64,000 nt of DNA from Malacoraja senta (taxonomy: Eukaryota): positions 1,924,001-1,988,000 of the forward strand of contig CM075994.1 in the NCBI GenBank assembly GCA_038087875.1. The letters are read 5' to 3'. The translations under genes and the position numbers were made by a program. Below are positions 11,411 through 24,280 of this stretch, in pieces. Under the pieces are notes generated by a model, which was not told the origin of the DNA, searched no databases, and saw only the letters and a list, made by a program, of their open reading frames with translations. Numbering within the stretch: the first letter of the stretch is position 1; each line of letters begins with the position of its first letter.

Positions 11411-14400
11411 AGGAATTGGAAGTGGGCTAGGGTTGGGTGAAAGCTAGAAGAGTCTCGACCTGAAACGTCACGTATTCCTTTTGTCGAGAGATACTGCCTG
11501 ACCTGCTGAGTTTCTCCAGCTTTTTGTATCTATCTTGATTGAAAACAACCCTGCCCTCATCAGCAGAGCTACTGTAAAGAAGGTTGACAGTTTTAAGTTC
11601 CTCGGCATCCATATCGCAGGCAACTTAACCTTGTACTTTCATACTGATGCAGTGAAGTAGGCTTGATGGGCCGAATGGCCTAATTCTCCTATCACTTTAT
11701 GAAAGCACATCAGTTTACAGTTTAAGATCTGAGAAGATTCGGTATGTCAGTGAGGATTCTCTCAACTCTACAGATACATTATACAAAGTATTCTGACTGT
11801 ATACATCGCAGCCTGGTATGGCAACTGCTCTGCTTATGACGACCTGAAACAGCAGAGAGTGAATATAACCCAGTCCATCGCAGGCTCGTCATTTCTTTCC
11901 ATCCAGTCAATCTTCACTGTGTCTTCATCAGGAAGGCTGGAAGTATAATCAAGGATACCTGTCCCCCTGGTGATTCCCTTTTACTATTATACCTTTTGGA
12001 AGAAGGAGCTTGCAAAGCTGCACGCCCAGATTTAAGAACAGCTTTGGTTTTAGAGATACAGCGTGGAAACAGGCCCTTTAGCCCACCGAGTCCCCGCCTA
12101 CCAACAATCACCCCATATACTAGTTTTATTCTACAAACTAGGGACAATTTACAGATACCAATTAACCTACAAACCTGTTCGTCTTTGCAGTGTGGGACGA
12201 AACCAGAGCACCTAGCCACGCGGTCACCGGGAGAACGTACAAACTCTGTACAGACAGCACCCATTGTCTAGATCGAACCCGGGTCTTTGTCTCTGTAAGG
12301 CAGCAGCTCTACCACTGTGCCACTCACAGCTTCTTCCTCACTGTTATCAGACTCCTGAACCAATCACCTTTTTCTCACCCCCTTTCTGGAGGTTCTGCCA
12401 TGCACTCTCACTATTAACTCTACCTCATTCAGTCATTGTTAGAATTTTCTTCAGATTGCTCTACAACCTTTGTACCATCCTGCTGTTTTGCATTTGTATT
12501 TATTGCTTTAACTATCATTGCCATGTATACTGTTTACTCTCTTACATCATCATGCGAACAAGGAATTTTATTGCACCCTGGTGTATATAAGAAACTAATC
12601 TGAGTCTAAATTTTCAGAAATGAAATTGCCTGCTGCCACAGTAATTTCCAAATAACATTCCTCTGGATGTGTGGGTGGGTTGCTATATATATAGGAATAT
12701 ATCATACTCATTATATAAAATTCAAAGATCCCACATTCTCCATTTGGCACTGTGTAGTTCAGGGAAATGTCGTAGAAGCTTATTGAATTTATCAAGAGTG
12801 GTGGCATACTTAACCAATCAGTAACCAAGGTTACGCTGCAAGAGGCAGAATTACTTTTAGTGCAGAAGTACAACCAAAGTAAAACACTGAATTTGTTGCC
12901 TAGTAACACTGTCTTGTCTCGTTGTCAGCAAACTCATTAGAAATTTGTTCTGCACCCTCCCACTTTTGTCAAAGAGACAATTTGTTGTTGGCCTACAGAC
13001 TTCACTCCATAAATGTTTGCCTTCCACATCCCAAATGTTTGCAGTGCAGCTGCCCTCTCTGAAGAAGGCCCTCTTCAGACAGTGTGATGTGTAGATTCAG
13101 TCAAGGGTGGGAAAACTGGTCTGTGTGAAAGAGTGGGTTATATCCACAACTCTGCAATTTCTTGCAGAGGGAAAGCCAAGCATCAGGGCTAGAAATACAA
13201 TTCAGTTCCCACTGATACTCCTGGCACTTATAATAGTCACAAAGATTTTAATGAGACTGGAAGACTTGAGTTATAAGCAGAGACTGGATTGGCTGGGATC
13301 TTTCTCTGGAGTGCAGGAAGTAGAATGGTGACATTATAGAAGTTTATAAAATTATTAGGCCAAAGATGAGCCACGTTACTATAAAACTTGCAATGAACCA
13401 AGTTATTATGAATCTGTAAAGCGTAGGAGCAGGCCCTTCAACCCATAATATATGCAACAAACATGATGCCAAGTTAAACTGATCTTCTCTACCAACACGT
13501 GATCCATTTCCTCCATTCCTTGCATGTCCATGCGCCATCATAGTAAATGCCACTATTGTTTCTGTCTTAGTTTATTTTATTGTCATGTGTGCTGAGGAAG
13601 TGAAATGCTTTTATTGCATAAAGAATATACATGATTACAATCGAGCCATCCACAGTGCCTCCACCACTGCCCCTAGCAGCACGTTCCACTCTTGTCAAAA
13701 ACATGTCCCGCACATAATTTTTAATTTTGCTCCTCTCACATAAAGGAGTCCCCTCTGGTCTTTGACATTTCCATCCAGCAGAAAATGTTCTGACTGTCTA
13801 CCTCATCTATGCCACACATCATTTTAAATACTTCTATCATGTCTCCCCTCAGCCTCTTGACACTCGAGAGAAAACAATCCAAGTTTATCTAACCTCCTCT
13901 TATAGTTAATACCCTCTAATCCAGACAGCATTCTGGTAACCTACGTGATAAGAAACCAGAGCACCTGGAGAAAACCCACACGGTCACAGGGTGAACGTGC
14001 AAACTCCACACAGCTCTGGAAGTGCAGGCAGGTTCAGCCCAAGCAGGCATTCTATGTGGCCAAAGCAACAAACAACCATTATGACACATCATAAATGGGT
14101 GTTCCGTTAAGCAGCATCACCAATTAACCCATTAAATGGTCCCAATCAACAATAGCCCGCAGAAACCAGTTGCCAGCTGACTAAATTATTCATCACTTCA
14201 GAAATAAATTGGCAGATTCATCCCAACCGAACCCTCAGGTTAGTTTGCTGTAATCTTTCCCTCCAGCTGAATGATGTAGGTATGGAACTCAGAACTGAGG
14301 TAAATCACTCTACCAGGATTCTTTTCATATGAATAATAAGGAATTAATTTTGTCTGCCAGGACCTACAAAGTAACCTCTTTCCTTGTCCAAGTGTATATT

Positions 14401-14458
14401 TGCTTTAAAATGAAAGATGCACAGGAAAATCTATGGGAGTTGCTGGACAACCCACTAT

Positions 14459-15668
14459 AGGGGGGTTGCACGTAAGGCCACCGGGTCAAAGGGCTTGACG
14501 CACGGAGCCGCTCAATCCATCTGGAGGACATCGCAGCTTCCGGTATATGTTGTTAATACACGAAACTCGTACTTTCCTACCTGTTATAAAACGCCAAATT
14601 GGTGAATTTTTGCACTGTAAATAATTGTGGAAGTCGGGGAAGTCAGAATTCCAAAAGTGAAGAGAAATGAAGGTAAAGAGAAGCGAGAGCTGAAGGGACA
14701 ACAACAGCTAAAGTGCTTGGCGAACATTGGCCGTGCAGATATCAAATTGGAAAATATTGGGAATTATCGCGTTTGCTCGCGGCATTTCATCAACAGTAAG
14801 GCATTATGTATGTTTTTTCTTTATTCATTTGGTATCTAAAAAGTTTCAGAAATGATAAATCTGGCTATAAAATTTTAAAATCGCCCATGGTTCTGAAGTG
14901 GGTTTTTACATGCTTCTGAAGCTAAATTTATCATAAAAAAAATCTCCAGACTTACGAGTGGTGTGTGGAAAAGTAAGTTTTCTATCGTTATGCTATTGAG
15001 GTGTATATTTTGGCAAATAATAAAATGTTCTGACAGCTTAAACACCCACTCCCTTTCAATAGGATATTGTCAATTTGCTGAGGTTGATTATGTCCAATTA
15101 ACAGCTAAAAATTATGCAATTCCTTGGCTTGCACCTGAGTAAAATGTAATTCAAAACCCACGTATGGTTTGCGATTTTTTATAATGATAAATTTTGCTTC
15201 AGAGGCGTTTTCTTTTTGTATGTAAAAACCCACTTGAGAACCATGGGCGATTTTAAAATTTTACAGCCAGATTTACCACTTCTGAACTTTTTAGATGCCA
15301 AAGGAATCAAGAAAAAACACAAATAATGCCTTACTGTTGATGAAATCCAGTGAGCAAACGCGATAATTCCCTATATTTTAAATCTCGATATCTGCACCAC
15401 CAATGTTCGCCAAGCACTCTGGCTGTTGTTGTCTCTTCAGCTCTCGCTTCTATCTACTGTCATTTCTCCTCACCTTTGGAATTCTGAAGTAGGATAAATG
15501 TCTCTCACGCTTATCCCGATTTCCTTAATTATTTACAGCGCAAATATTGACCATTTCGGCGGGTTTGAACAGGCCCGCTACGCTGGAAACAATGGTCAGT
15601 GTTTCCCTGCAGTTCATCGCGTGTACTCCAGTTGGCGTAGCGTAGCAACAGTACGGGTCAACCTCCCT
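14459..15668. mobile_element. Foldback non-autonomous DNA transposon with THAP-coding arms (ISL2EU/Harbinger-like)
   Basis: Termini AT|AGGGGGGTTG ... CAACCTCCCT|AT. Long inverted arms at ~14640-14940 and ~15175-15490. The left arm encodes RIPK...NYRVCSRHF. Confidence 0.75.
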
Positions 15669-16539
15669 ATTAATGTGCTTTTGTAGAAACAAGGAACTGC
15701 AGATGCAGGTTTTCCAAGGAAAAAACACAAAATGCTGGAGTAACTCGGGTCAGGCAGCATCTGTGGAGAACAAGGATTGGTGACATTTCGGATGGGGACT
15801 CCAGTATGAAGGGTCCTGACCCAAAACAACCTAATCACCTATTCATGTTCTCACAGAATCCATTAACGTGCTGTTATTGGTTAAATCGCTTAAGTAGTGA
15901 TTTGCACAGATTGAATGCTGATCCTCGTATTTTATGAATCTCTCATCAATGTTTAACTCTTCATTGTAAAACACGGTCATTATGAAACATATAGAACAGG
16001 CCTACAGCCCTCAATGTTTGTGCTGAACATGAGTCCAAGTAAAATTATGTGATCCATATCCCTCCATCCCATGTGCCTATCTAAAAACTCTTAAACGCCA
16101 CAATTGTACCACCCTTGGCAGCACATTCGAGGCACGCACCACTCTGTGTACATAAACATGCCCTGCACATCGCCATTAAGTTTTGCCCCTCTCACCTTAA
16201 AGCTATGCCCGCTCGTCTTTGACATTTCCACCCCGGGGAAAAGGTTCTGACTGTCTACCCAATCTATGCCCCTGATAATTGTATACACCTGTACCACGTC
16301 TCCCCTCGGCCTATGACCGCCAAAGGAAACTATTTAAATTCGTGCAACCTCCCTGAGACCGAAACTTCACTGCCGGAATCCTACAAGAAGAAGAAGAAGA
16401 GACCGAAACCTTCTAATCCAGGCTTCCATTTCTGATAAACCTCCTCTGCACCCTTTCCAAAACCTCCACATCCTTCCTGCCTAATAAAAGTCTTATGACG
16501 TTGCAACGTGACTTGTTGACCCTTGGACATTTATCACCC

Positions 16540-16930
16540 TCCTCGTCCTTGTCTTCTGTTGCGCGGTGCTCCTCCGTGGAGACGCTTAGGCCGGGTAAAT
16601 GAAGGCCGGATGCATCATTCGTGATGGGAACCAATAGTGGGACGTGAGTGTGGCAGGGGCCCGGAGCGGGACCGGGGGACGGGAGAGAGCGACGCACACA
16701 TCGCACGGCAGCTTGGGAAGCGCTTGGAGCCGGAGAGCGGCGGCGGTGGTAGCTGGTAGCGGCGGTGGTAGCGGCGGCGGTAGCGGCGGTAGCGGCAGCG
16801 GCAGCGGCAGCGGCAGTCGGGGACTCGCCCGCCGGGCCATGGCGGACTACGGGGTTCCCAGATAGTCGGCGGATCCCTGTCCCCCGCTCCCCGGACACGG
16901 CAGCGCTATCCGCCGCATCACCTCCAGGTC
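16540..16930 (+). promoter_or_regulatory. DOP1A: CpG island; probable DOP1A promoter and non-coding first exon
   Basis: GC/CpG-rich stretch that does not resemble the repeats in the window. CCAAT at 16631, GACGTG nearby, (GGC/AGC) triplet run at ~16737-16816, weak possible donor CAG|GTCACT after 16927. The first coding exon has a splice acceptor upstream of its ATG, so an upstream exon is required. Confidence 0.65.
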
Positions 16931-18160
16931 ACTGCCGCTGGATGAGCATCAGGATACCGGGGTGTAAACGATCACCACGTACCCGCCTTCTGGATAAACT
17001 ACAGGGCACCCGTCCGTTGAATTCCTTGGTGCAAGTTGCCATTGGGTACCCGCTTTGTGGATTAATTACAGGCACCTGTTCATTGCATTAATTACAAGGT
17101 ATCTGTGTACAAGTTATCACCAGCTACCGTCATCTGGATTAACTACAGGGCACTTGCCCATTGCAATAACTACAAGATACCTGGGTGCAAACTGTCACCA
17201 CATACCGTCGTCTAGATTAAGTACGGGGCACCTGTCCATTCCATTAACTGCAGGGTACCAGTGTACACGTTATCATCAGTGACCATCTTCTGGATTAACC
17301 ATAGAGTATCATTGGATGAACTACCAGAATAACCCTGTACAAATTATCACCAGGCTCCATCCACTGGATGAACTACGAGATAACTGCATACAAAATATCA
17401 CCATATACTGGCTACTGCATTAATCATAGGTTACCTGTGATAAGATTATCGACTTGCAATGAGGCTTGAGGTGATAGCAGGCAACATCAGGGTAGTGGCA
17501 GGTAAGTGCTGACTGGTGTCAGAGGCACCCCTCCAGTCTAATGTTCACCATGACAATGTTTCACTACGTAGTTCAATGATACATTGTCATATGTACTGAT
17601 GTACAGTGAAATTCTCTTTTTGCATATTGTTCACCATATACTGTGTACTGGATTAACCACAGATTAACTGTGGTAGATTATCAACTGGTATCATCCACTA
17701 GATTAACTATAGGGTACCTGTGTACAAGATTATTACCAGGTATAATTTATTGGGTGAACTACAGATCACCTGTGTAGGAGATTATCACCAGGTACTGATA
17801 ACTGAATCCATTGATAACTGCTAATCACCAGGTTATCAATGGATTAACCACAGGATACCTGCCTATAAGATTATCACAGGAAACATCAAATGGATTAACA
17901 ATAGGATATTTGTCCTTGAGATTTTCTCCAGGTATTATTCATTGGATTACTACTAGGTAATGAATTACTGTCAATTACCTGTCCATCAGGTTATCTACAG
18001 GATTCCTGTCGATTGGTTTATCATCAGGTCGTTCACTGAATTATTGCAGGGTGCTGCGCACTGAATTATCACCATGTACTATCCACTGGATTAGTTCTGG
18101 ATTGTTACATCCACTACATTACAACTGGTTCGCTGTGAACTGGTTTATTGCCGGGTCGTT
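16930..18160. repeat. Degenerate ~50-bp minisatellite (approximate consensus GGATTAACTACAGGGTACCTGTGTACAAGATTATCACCAGGTACCATCCACT)
   Basis: Recurring GGATTAAC/TTATCACC motifs at roughly 50-nt spacing, decaying toward the 3' end. Confidence 0.75.
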
Positions 18161-19100
18161 GTCAAGTTTGCAGCAGCTGATTTACCACAGGGTCAGTTAC
18201 TGCTGAGATTTTAGGGTTGTGGGAGAAGTCTCTGGAATCACTACCATTTGATCTTGGCCCGTCCTGTCCACAATCGGCATCTTAACTAAATGGGAGAAGA
18301 GGAGATGACTGCAGTAATTTGTGCAGTGGTGAGATTGGGCAATGAGGCTTGAGGTGATAGCAGGCAATATCAGGGTAGTGGCAGGTAAGTGCTGACTGGT
18401 GTCAGAGGCACCCCTCCAGTCTAATGTTCACCATGACAATGTTTCACTACGTAATTCAATGATACTTTGTTGTCATATGTACTGATGTACAGTGAAATTC
18501 TCTTTTTGCATATTGTTCAGTAAAAATATTACTATACATAAGCACAACCTTAGTTAAGTACAAGTGTTTAGGAATAGTACTTTGAGACAGTAGACTAAGA
18601 GTCGCCATGTTATGGTGCCATTTTTCATGATATCCAAGTTGTTATAGTCATACAGCGTGGAAACAGTCCCTTCGGCCCAACTTGCCCACATTGACCAATA
18701 TGTCCCATCTACACTGGTCCCACCTGCCTGCGTTTGGCCCATATCCCCCCAAATCCGTCCTATCCATGTACCTGCCTAAATGTTTCTTAAATGTTGCAAT
18801 AGTACCCGCCTCAACTACTTCCTCCAACAGCTCGTTCCATACACCCACCACTCTTTATGTGTAAAAGGTATCCCTCAGGTCCCTAGTAAATCTTTCCCCC
18901 CTCACCAGAAACTTATGTTCTCTGGTTCTCGATTTCCCTACTCTGGGCAAGAGACTCTGCGTCTACCCCATCTATTCTCATGATTTTATACACCTCTATA
19001 AGATCACCCCTCATCCTCCTGCACTCTAAGGAATAGAGTCATAACCTACTCAATCTCTCCCAATAGCTCAGGCTCTCAAGTCCTGGCAACATCCTCGTAA

Positions 19101-19836
19101 AGGGCTGTCCCACTGCGGCGACCTAATCCGCGAGTTAAGAAGAGTGCCTTCGACCTTCGAGCTCGATGGGCACTCGCCTGGAAAACCGCGAGCTGGATTG
19201 ACCGTCTGCATTGAAACCGCGAGCTGGATCGACCGACCGCACACACACACACACAAACACATCACAAAGACGGGAGCCAGGGAAAGCGGGGAAGCGCTGT
19301 CGGAAATTCACACCCGCGATGAAGAGGATGGTAAACGACTGCCACAGTGTACGGTAAGTCCTTTAGAAAGCACGGGGGTGGGGGGGGGGGGGAGAGAAGG
19401 GGGGGGAGAAGGAGTGGAGACACAGTTTTTAGAAGTATAATAAAGTTTAGCGGGCATTTTACCTTCCGGTCGGTTTTCCCTGGTCCTGAAAACTCCAATG
19501 AGCCAATCAAAATGCCCGGTCAGTGAAGGAGATTGCCTACGGCTGCCCTCGACTGCCTGTAACTACATAGCGACCCCACTCTACTGCCATAAAGAACTAT
19601 GTCATAAAGAACCATGCTGACCAAATTGTACTCGTGGAAAAATTTTCACCATGCTGAACATTTTTCCGCGACCTAGCTGAGGCCACGAGTATTCGGGAAC
19701 TTCCCTCGAGCATGAAGGAGAGTTCCAGTGACTTCATTGGACCTCCTAGGACCAGATCTAGACCATGCTGCGAGTTTGAGTCGAGAGCAAACTCTTCTAA
19801 ACTTGCAAATTAGGTCGCTGCAGTGGGACAGCCCCT
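19101..19836. mobile_element. PIF/Harbinger-like MITE inside CR1
   Basis: TIRs AGGGCTGTCCCACTGCGGCGACCTAAT / ATTAGGTCGCTGCAGTGGGACAGCCCCT; flanks TAA and TGA; host CR1 is continuous across it. Confidence 0.8.
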
Positions 19837-20039
19837 TGAATCTTCTCTGCACCGTTTCCAGTTTGACAACATATTTCCTATAACATGGTGCCCAAAATTG
19901 AACCCAATACTCTAAATGCAGCCTCACCAACGTCTTATATAACTGCAACATGACCCCCAACTTCTATACACAATACTCTGACGAAGGCCAATGTGCCAAA
20001 AACCTTTGACCACCTTATCTACCTTTGGTGCCACTTTCA

Positions 20040-22264
20040 CTATGTCATAAAGTACTGGAGAGAATACTGTTGACAAAGCTAGAAATGTATGTCCTTACTA
20101 CTGACAATCAGTTTGGGTTCAAAAGAAAACATGGAACTGACCTGTGTATCTATGCTCTTAAAGAGATTGTGTTCAGGTACACAAGCCTGAATTCATCTGT
20201 ATTTTTATGTTTTATTGATGCGTCCAAGGCATTTGATAGAATTAATCATGAACAATTGTTTGTAAAATTGCTAGATAGAGGTGCCCCTAAATTCTTAGTG
20301 AGAATTTTAGTGTTTTGGTATGCCCATCAAACGTTTCAGGTTAAATGGGACAATGTTGTATATGCTCCATTCTGTGTTAGTAACGGAGTGCGGCAAGGAG
20401 GAATTTTGTCTCCTATTTTATTTAATGTTTATAGGGATGAATTGTCAAATCAGTTAAATAGGTTAAAAACTGGCTGTCTTGTCTTGTTAATCATCTTATG
20501 TATGCAGATGACCTGGTCCTGCTCTGTCCATATAGTGTTGGGCTGCAGCAGATACTGAAGGTGTGCTCTCAGTATGGCCTTGATTATGACATAAAGTATA
20601 ATGCTAAGAAAAGCCGCATAATGATAGTTAGAAGCGCTGAGGACAGGAAATCAACTTTTCCGACTTTTTATTTGTTAGACAGTCCTCTTGCTGTGTGTGA
20701 GGAAATTAAATACCTAGGTCATGTCATATCCGATGACTGGACGGATGACAAAGACCTCTACCGACAGCGCTGTCAAATGTATCTTCAAGCTAACATGCTT
20801 ATAAGGAAGTTTTCTATGTGCTCTGACTCTGTGAAGTGTTCACTGTTCAGAACCTACATCACACCATTATATACTGCTCAATTGTGGTCTAATTATAAGA
20901 AAAAGAGTATGCAGAGGCTCAAGGTAGCATACAATGATGCAATGAGGTTGCTACTTCGTGTCCCTAGATGGCATAGTGCCAGTCAATTGTTTGTGTCCAC
21001 TAGAGTGCCAACCTGTGAGGCACTCTTAAGACAGCTAATGTTTAGTTTTATGTGTCGCCTGGATAAGTCAGAGAACCACATAATTGAAGCCCTAGTCAGC
21101 CCTCTGAAAAGCTGCTATAGATTCACTTCTAGGCTAAGACGGCATTGGTGCAATAGCTTGTATATCTTATAGGCTAATATGCAATTTTATATGTATTTTT
21201 TAGAGATTAGAGATTAGAGATTCCTTTATTTGTCATTCAGACCTTTCGGTCTGAACGAAATTTCGTTGCCTGCAGTCATACATATAATAATAAATGACAA
21301 AACACACAATAAACACAAATTAACATCCACCACAGTGAGTTCACCAGGCACCTCCTCACTGTGATGGAGGCAAAAGTCTTAAAGTCTCTGTCTCTTCCTG
21401 CTTTCTTCTCCCTCTGCGCTGAGGCGATCCAGGCTTCTGATGCTGTGGCCCCGCCGGGCGACGGTAAGCCAGTCCAGCGGCCGAATCCGTGCTCCGCGAC
21501 GGGCCGGTTCAAACTCCGCGGCCCGGGGTGGTCGAAGCTGCCGAAGCTGCCGCCCTCCAGTCTAGCGGACGCAGCTGTAGTTCACCAACCTGTGACCTGC
21601 GCGCTCCCGACGATGTCGTCCACTGGGCCCGCGGTCGAGCCTCCGGATTCAGGTCGCCACCAGTGTCCTCGGTCGCCACCGCCGGACGCCACCGCAGCCC
21701 CGAAGCCGGCCAGCCTCGCGCTCCCGAAGATGTCGTCCACTGGGCCAGCTGCGGCCGAGCCTCCGGATTCAGGTCGCCACCAGTGTCCTCGGTCGCCACC
21801 GCCGGAACGCCACCGCAGCCCCGAAGTTGGCCAGCCCCGCGCTGGTAAGTCCTGGCTCTGCCTCCGGAGCCTCGAGGTCGGTCGGTCGCTCGCAGTTGGA
21901 GTTGGAGGCCGGCAGCTCGCAGTTGGAGTTGGAGGCCGGCAGCTCCGCCATTTTGGCCTCAGCGCAGACGGAGGCAGAGAAGGGGGACACGACAAGAAAA
22001 AGTCGCATTCCCCCGAAGGAAGAGACAAAAGTCATGTTTCACCCCCCCACCCCCCCACCCCACACATACACAACCCAATAAACTAAAATTTAACTGAAAC
22101 AGGACAAAAGAAAACAACAACAAAAGTAAAAACAGACGGACTGCAGGCGAGCCGCTGCTGTACGACAGCGCCGTACAGCAGCAGGTATCTCATTATACTG
22201 TTTGATGTGTTCTATGGACCTGTGTCTGAAATAAAGCTTTTATTATTATTATTATTATTATTAT
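20040..22264 (+). mobile_element. 5'-truncated non-LTR retrotransposon, RTE-X-like RT, (TTA)n tail
   Basis: QFGFKRKHGT, IDASKAFDRINH, VSNGVRQGGILSP, YADD; AATAAA then (TTA)n at ~22239-22264; short TTTCA duplication at the flanks. The clade assignment is from motif memory. Confidence 0.75.
21200..22185 (-). mobile_element. GC-rich non-autonomous retroelement inserted in the 3'UTR of the RTE-X-like LINE
   Basis: Minus-strand AATAAA then (TAATCTC)n tail at 21200-21230; internal ~120-bp and ~24-bp tandem duplications. Confidence 0.55.
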
Positions 22265-23005
22265 TTCAACGAACTATGCACCTGCACTCCCAGATCCCTC
22301 TGCTTTATAACACTCCCCAGAGCCCTTCGGTTTATTGTCATACTTCCGTCATCCCAAAATGCACCACGTTACATTTCTCTGTATTAAATTCCATCAACCA
22401 TTCCGCAGCTCATCTGCCCAACCGATCAAGATCGGGATAAATGTAGAGTTCTTAACTTGGCTATAAAGGTGTGTGCGTGTACATGTCTTCATCTGGATTT
22501 CCTGAATGACAATGTTCTCTCTTCACAGATGCCTCATTCTTAATGACTTTCTTTCAGGCACTTACTGTTCACAAGGAAAAATATATATCTTGGAGAGTTT
22601 AATTGAGGTTATGTTTCCATTTTTGTTCCTTATCTGCATGCTTTTTTTTTTAACCACATCTTTTTACATTTTCCTTTTTGATGATTTCCTTTCATTTTTG
22701 TTTCCTGCTAATTTTCAGCATTCCACACAAACTGTGTGTTAGTGTTTGTTTTGGTTTAGATTCTTGGTTGGCTTTTTGGTTGGCTTCTTTAAATTCCAGT
22801 GTCATCTGGCCTGAAATATCGTCTTAATCAGTGTGGTGTATTTCATTACAGCAGAGCCTCACTTCCCAGTGGCAATCTCTGATAACTGGTTGTTTAGTGT
22901 AAGAATTCAATTATTTATTCTTGGAAATCAGAGCCAACGTTTTGCACGTGACCATGTTAAACTGAGTTCTTTTGTTAATCTAAAGTCAACTTGACTCAAA
23001 TGCTT

Positions 23006-24280
23006 GTAGCTGTTGAAATCGATTCTTTATTCAGCTGAGACTAGTCTCTGAACCTTCCAACAGAGAGCTGATGCTCTGGGGGCGGGTCCAGAGAGGAGTA
23101 ACTTTGATAGAACTCATGGCATTTATATAGGTATTAGACATTTCAGATACAGAGGGTATGACAAGCTAGTAACCAATCATCTGAGTCCTTCTGGTGATTT
23201 ACAACATCAGTCACATGATCCCCCTTCCCTGGCCTCACCTTACAACCTTTGTTTGCATGTGGTATAACTTTGCTTAGAATTATTTTATTTCAACACAGCA
23301 AAACCCCAGAAGGCTCAATTATCAAAGACCACCCCTCAAAATATAAGATACATATGTAATACAATGATCACACAAGTCATACACACTTTCCATACCAAGA
23401 AGAAAGGTATTTCTATAAATCTAAACAAAGTCTAATGTTTACAGTCCTACTAAGACACAATACATTTCATAGATTGTTTCACTACAATTTTACACAGTTT
23501 AAAATACTATTACCTATGTATTAAAACATTAATTATATGAGTTTGCCGAATTACAGTTTCTAAGTTCAAAACCCACACACACCTCCCAACCAAGCATACA
23601 TGGGTCGTAAATCTGTCAACTTAATTAATAAGTGTTTGGTGCAAGGATACAACTTCATTTTAATTTGCAGCCCCTTTCCTGCTATCTGGAAGCCAGATTT
23701 CCAATCTCACTACAAGGTATTTTACAAATATCACAGAACACAGAGTAGATTCACAACTCAGACCATTACATCAGAATTACATCTGCTTCTTCGACTTTCT
23801 ATAAACATAGGAAGGTCACATATCCATCAATCTAATTCTTTTCCTCTCCAAGCATTCATCCCTTATCACAACCTCATTATAATTTAACTTAGCCAAAGCT
23901 AAATTACAGAGTCTATTATCTCTCAGCCTTGAATTCTGTCTCAAGCTCAGCATAAACCTCACAGCTCAAGAATGTGCCATAGAGGAAGAGCAGATGACCT
24001 CTGGCCCAAGGAGAGGCCCCATTCAGTAATCCATTCTTCAACACAATCATATCAAATACAATTTCCTCCAGCGATATAATTGCCCCAAAGCAACAAACCA
24101 AGCTATGCAGGTTCAGATCAGCACCTCTATGCTTTGATTCATCTGTTCGCTCTGTGTTGTTTCCTTACACTTTATTTCTTTAGGATACATGTTTCTGAAA
24201 ACCTTAAGCTTTTCTTTTGCAAATTACCTAGCATATAAAAGTCACTATCCGAGCGGTTCTATTATATAATATTTCTTCAA
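23006..24280 (-). mobile_element. Putative ERV-type LTR
   Basis: Minus strand shows CTATATAAAA (~23121-23130), then AATAAA (~23025-23030), then ...ACA terminus at 23006. The other end and a TSD were not found. Confidence 0.35.

Larger units (their letters stand above)
18645..22430 (-). mobile_element. CR1 LINE 3' portion, split by nested insertions
   Basis: LYKTLVRLHLEYWVQFWAP motif; CR1-type 3' tail at 18645-19100; the element resumes at 19837 and again at 22265. Confidence 0.8.

Noticed and set aside
16413..16898. 161-aa minus-strand poly-Ala ORF
   Set aside because: Antisense reading of the triplet repeat that runs into a CR1 fragment; no recognisable protein.
21361..22086. 241-aa ORF and overlapping ORFs
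   Set aside because: GC-rich internally repeated element, open in several frames.
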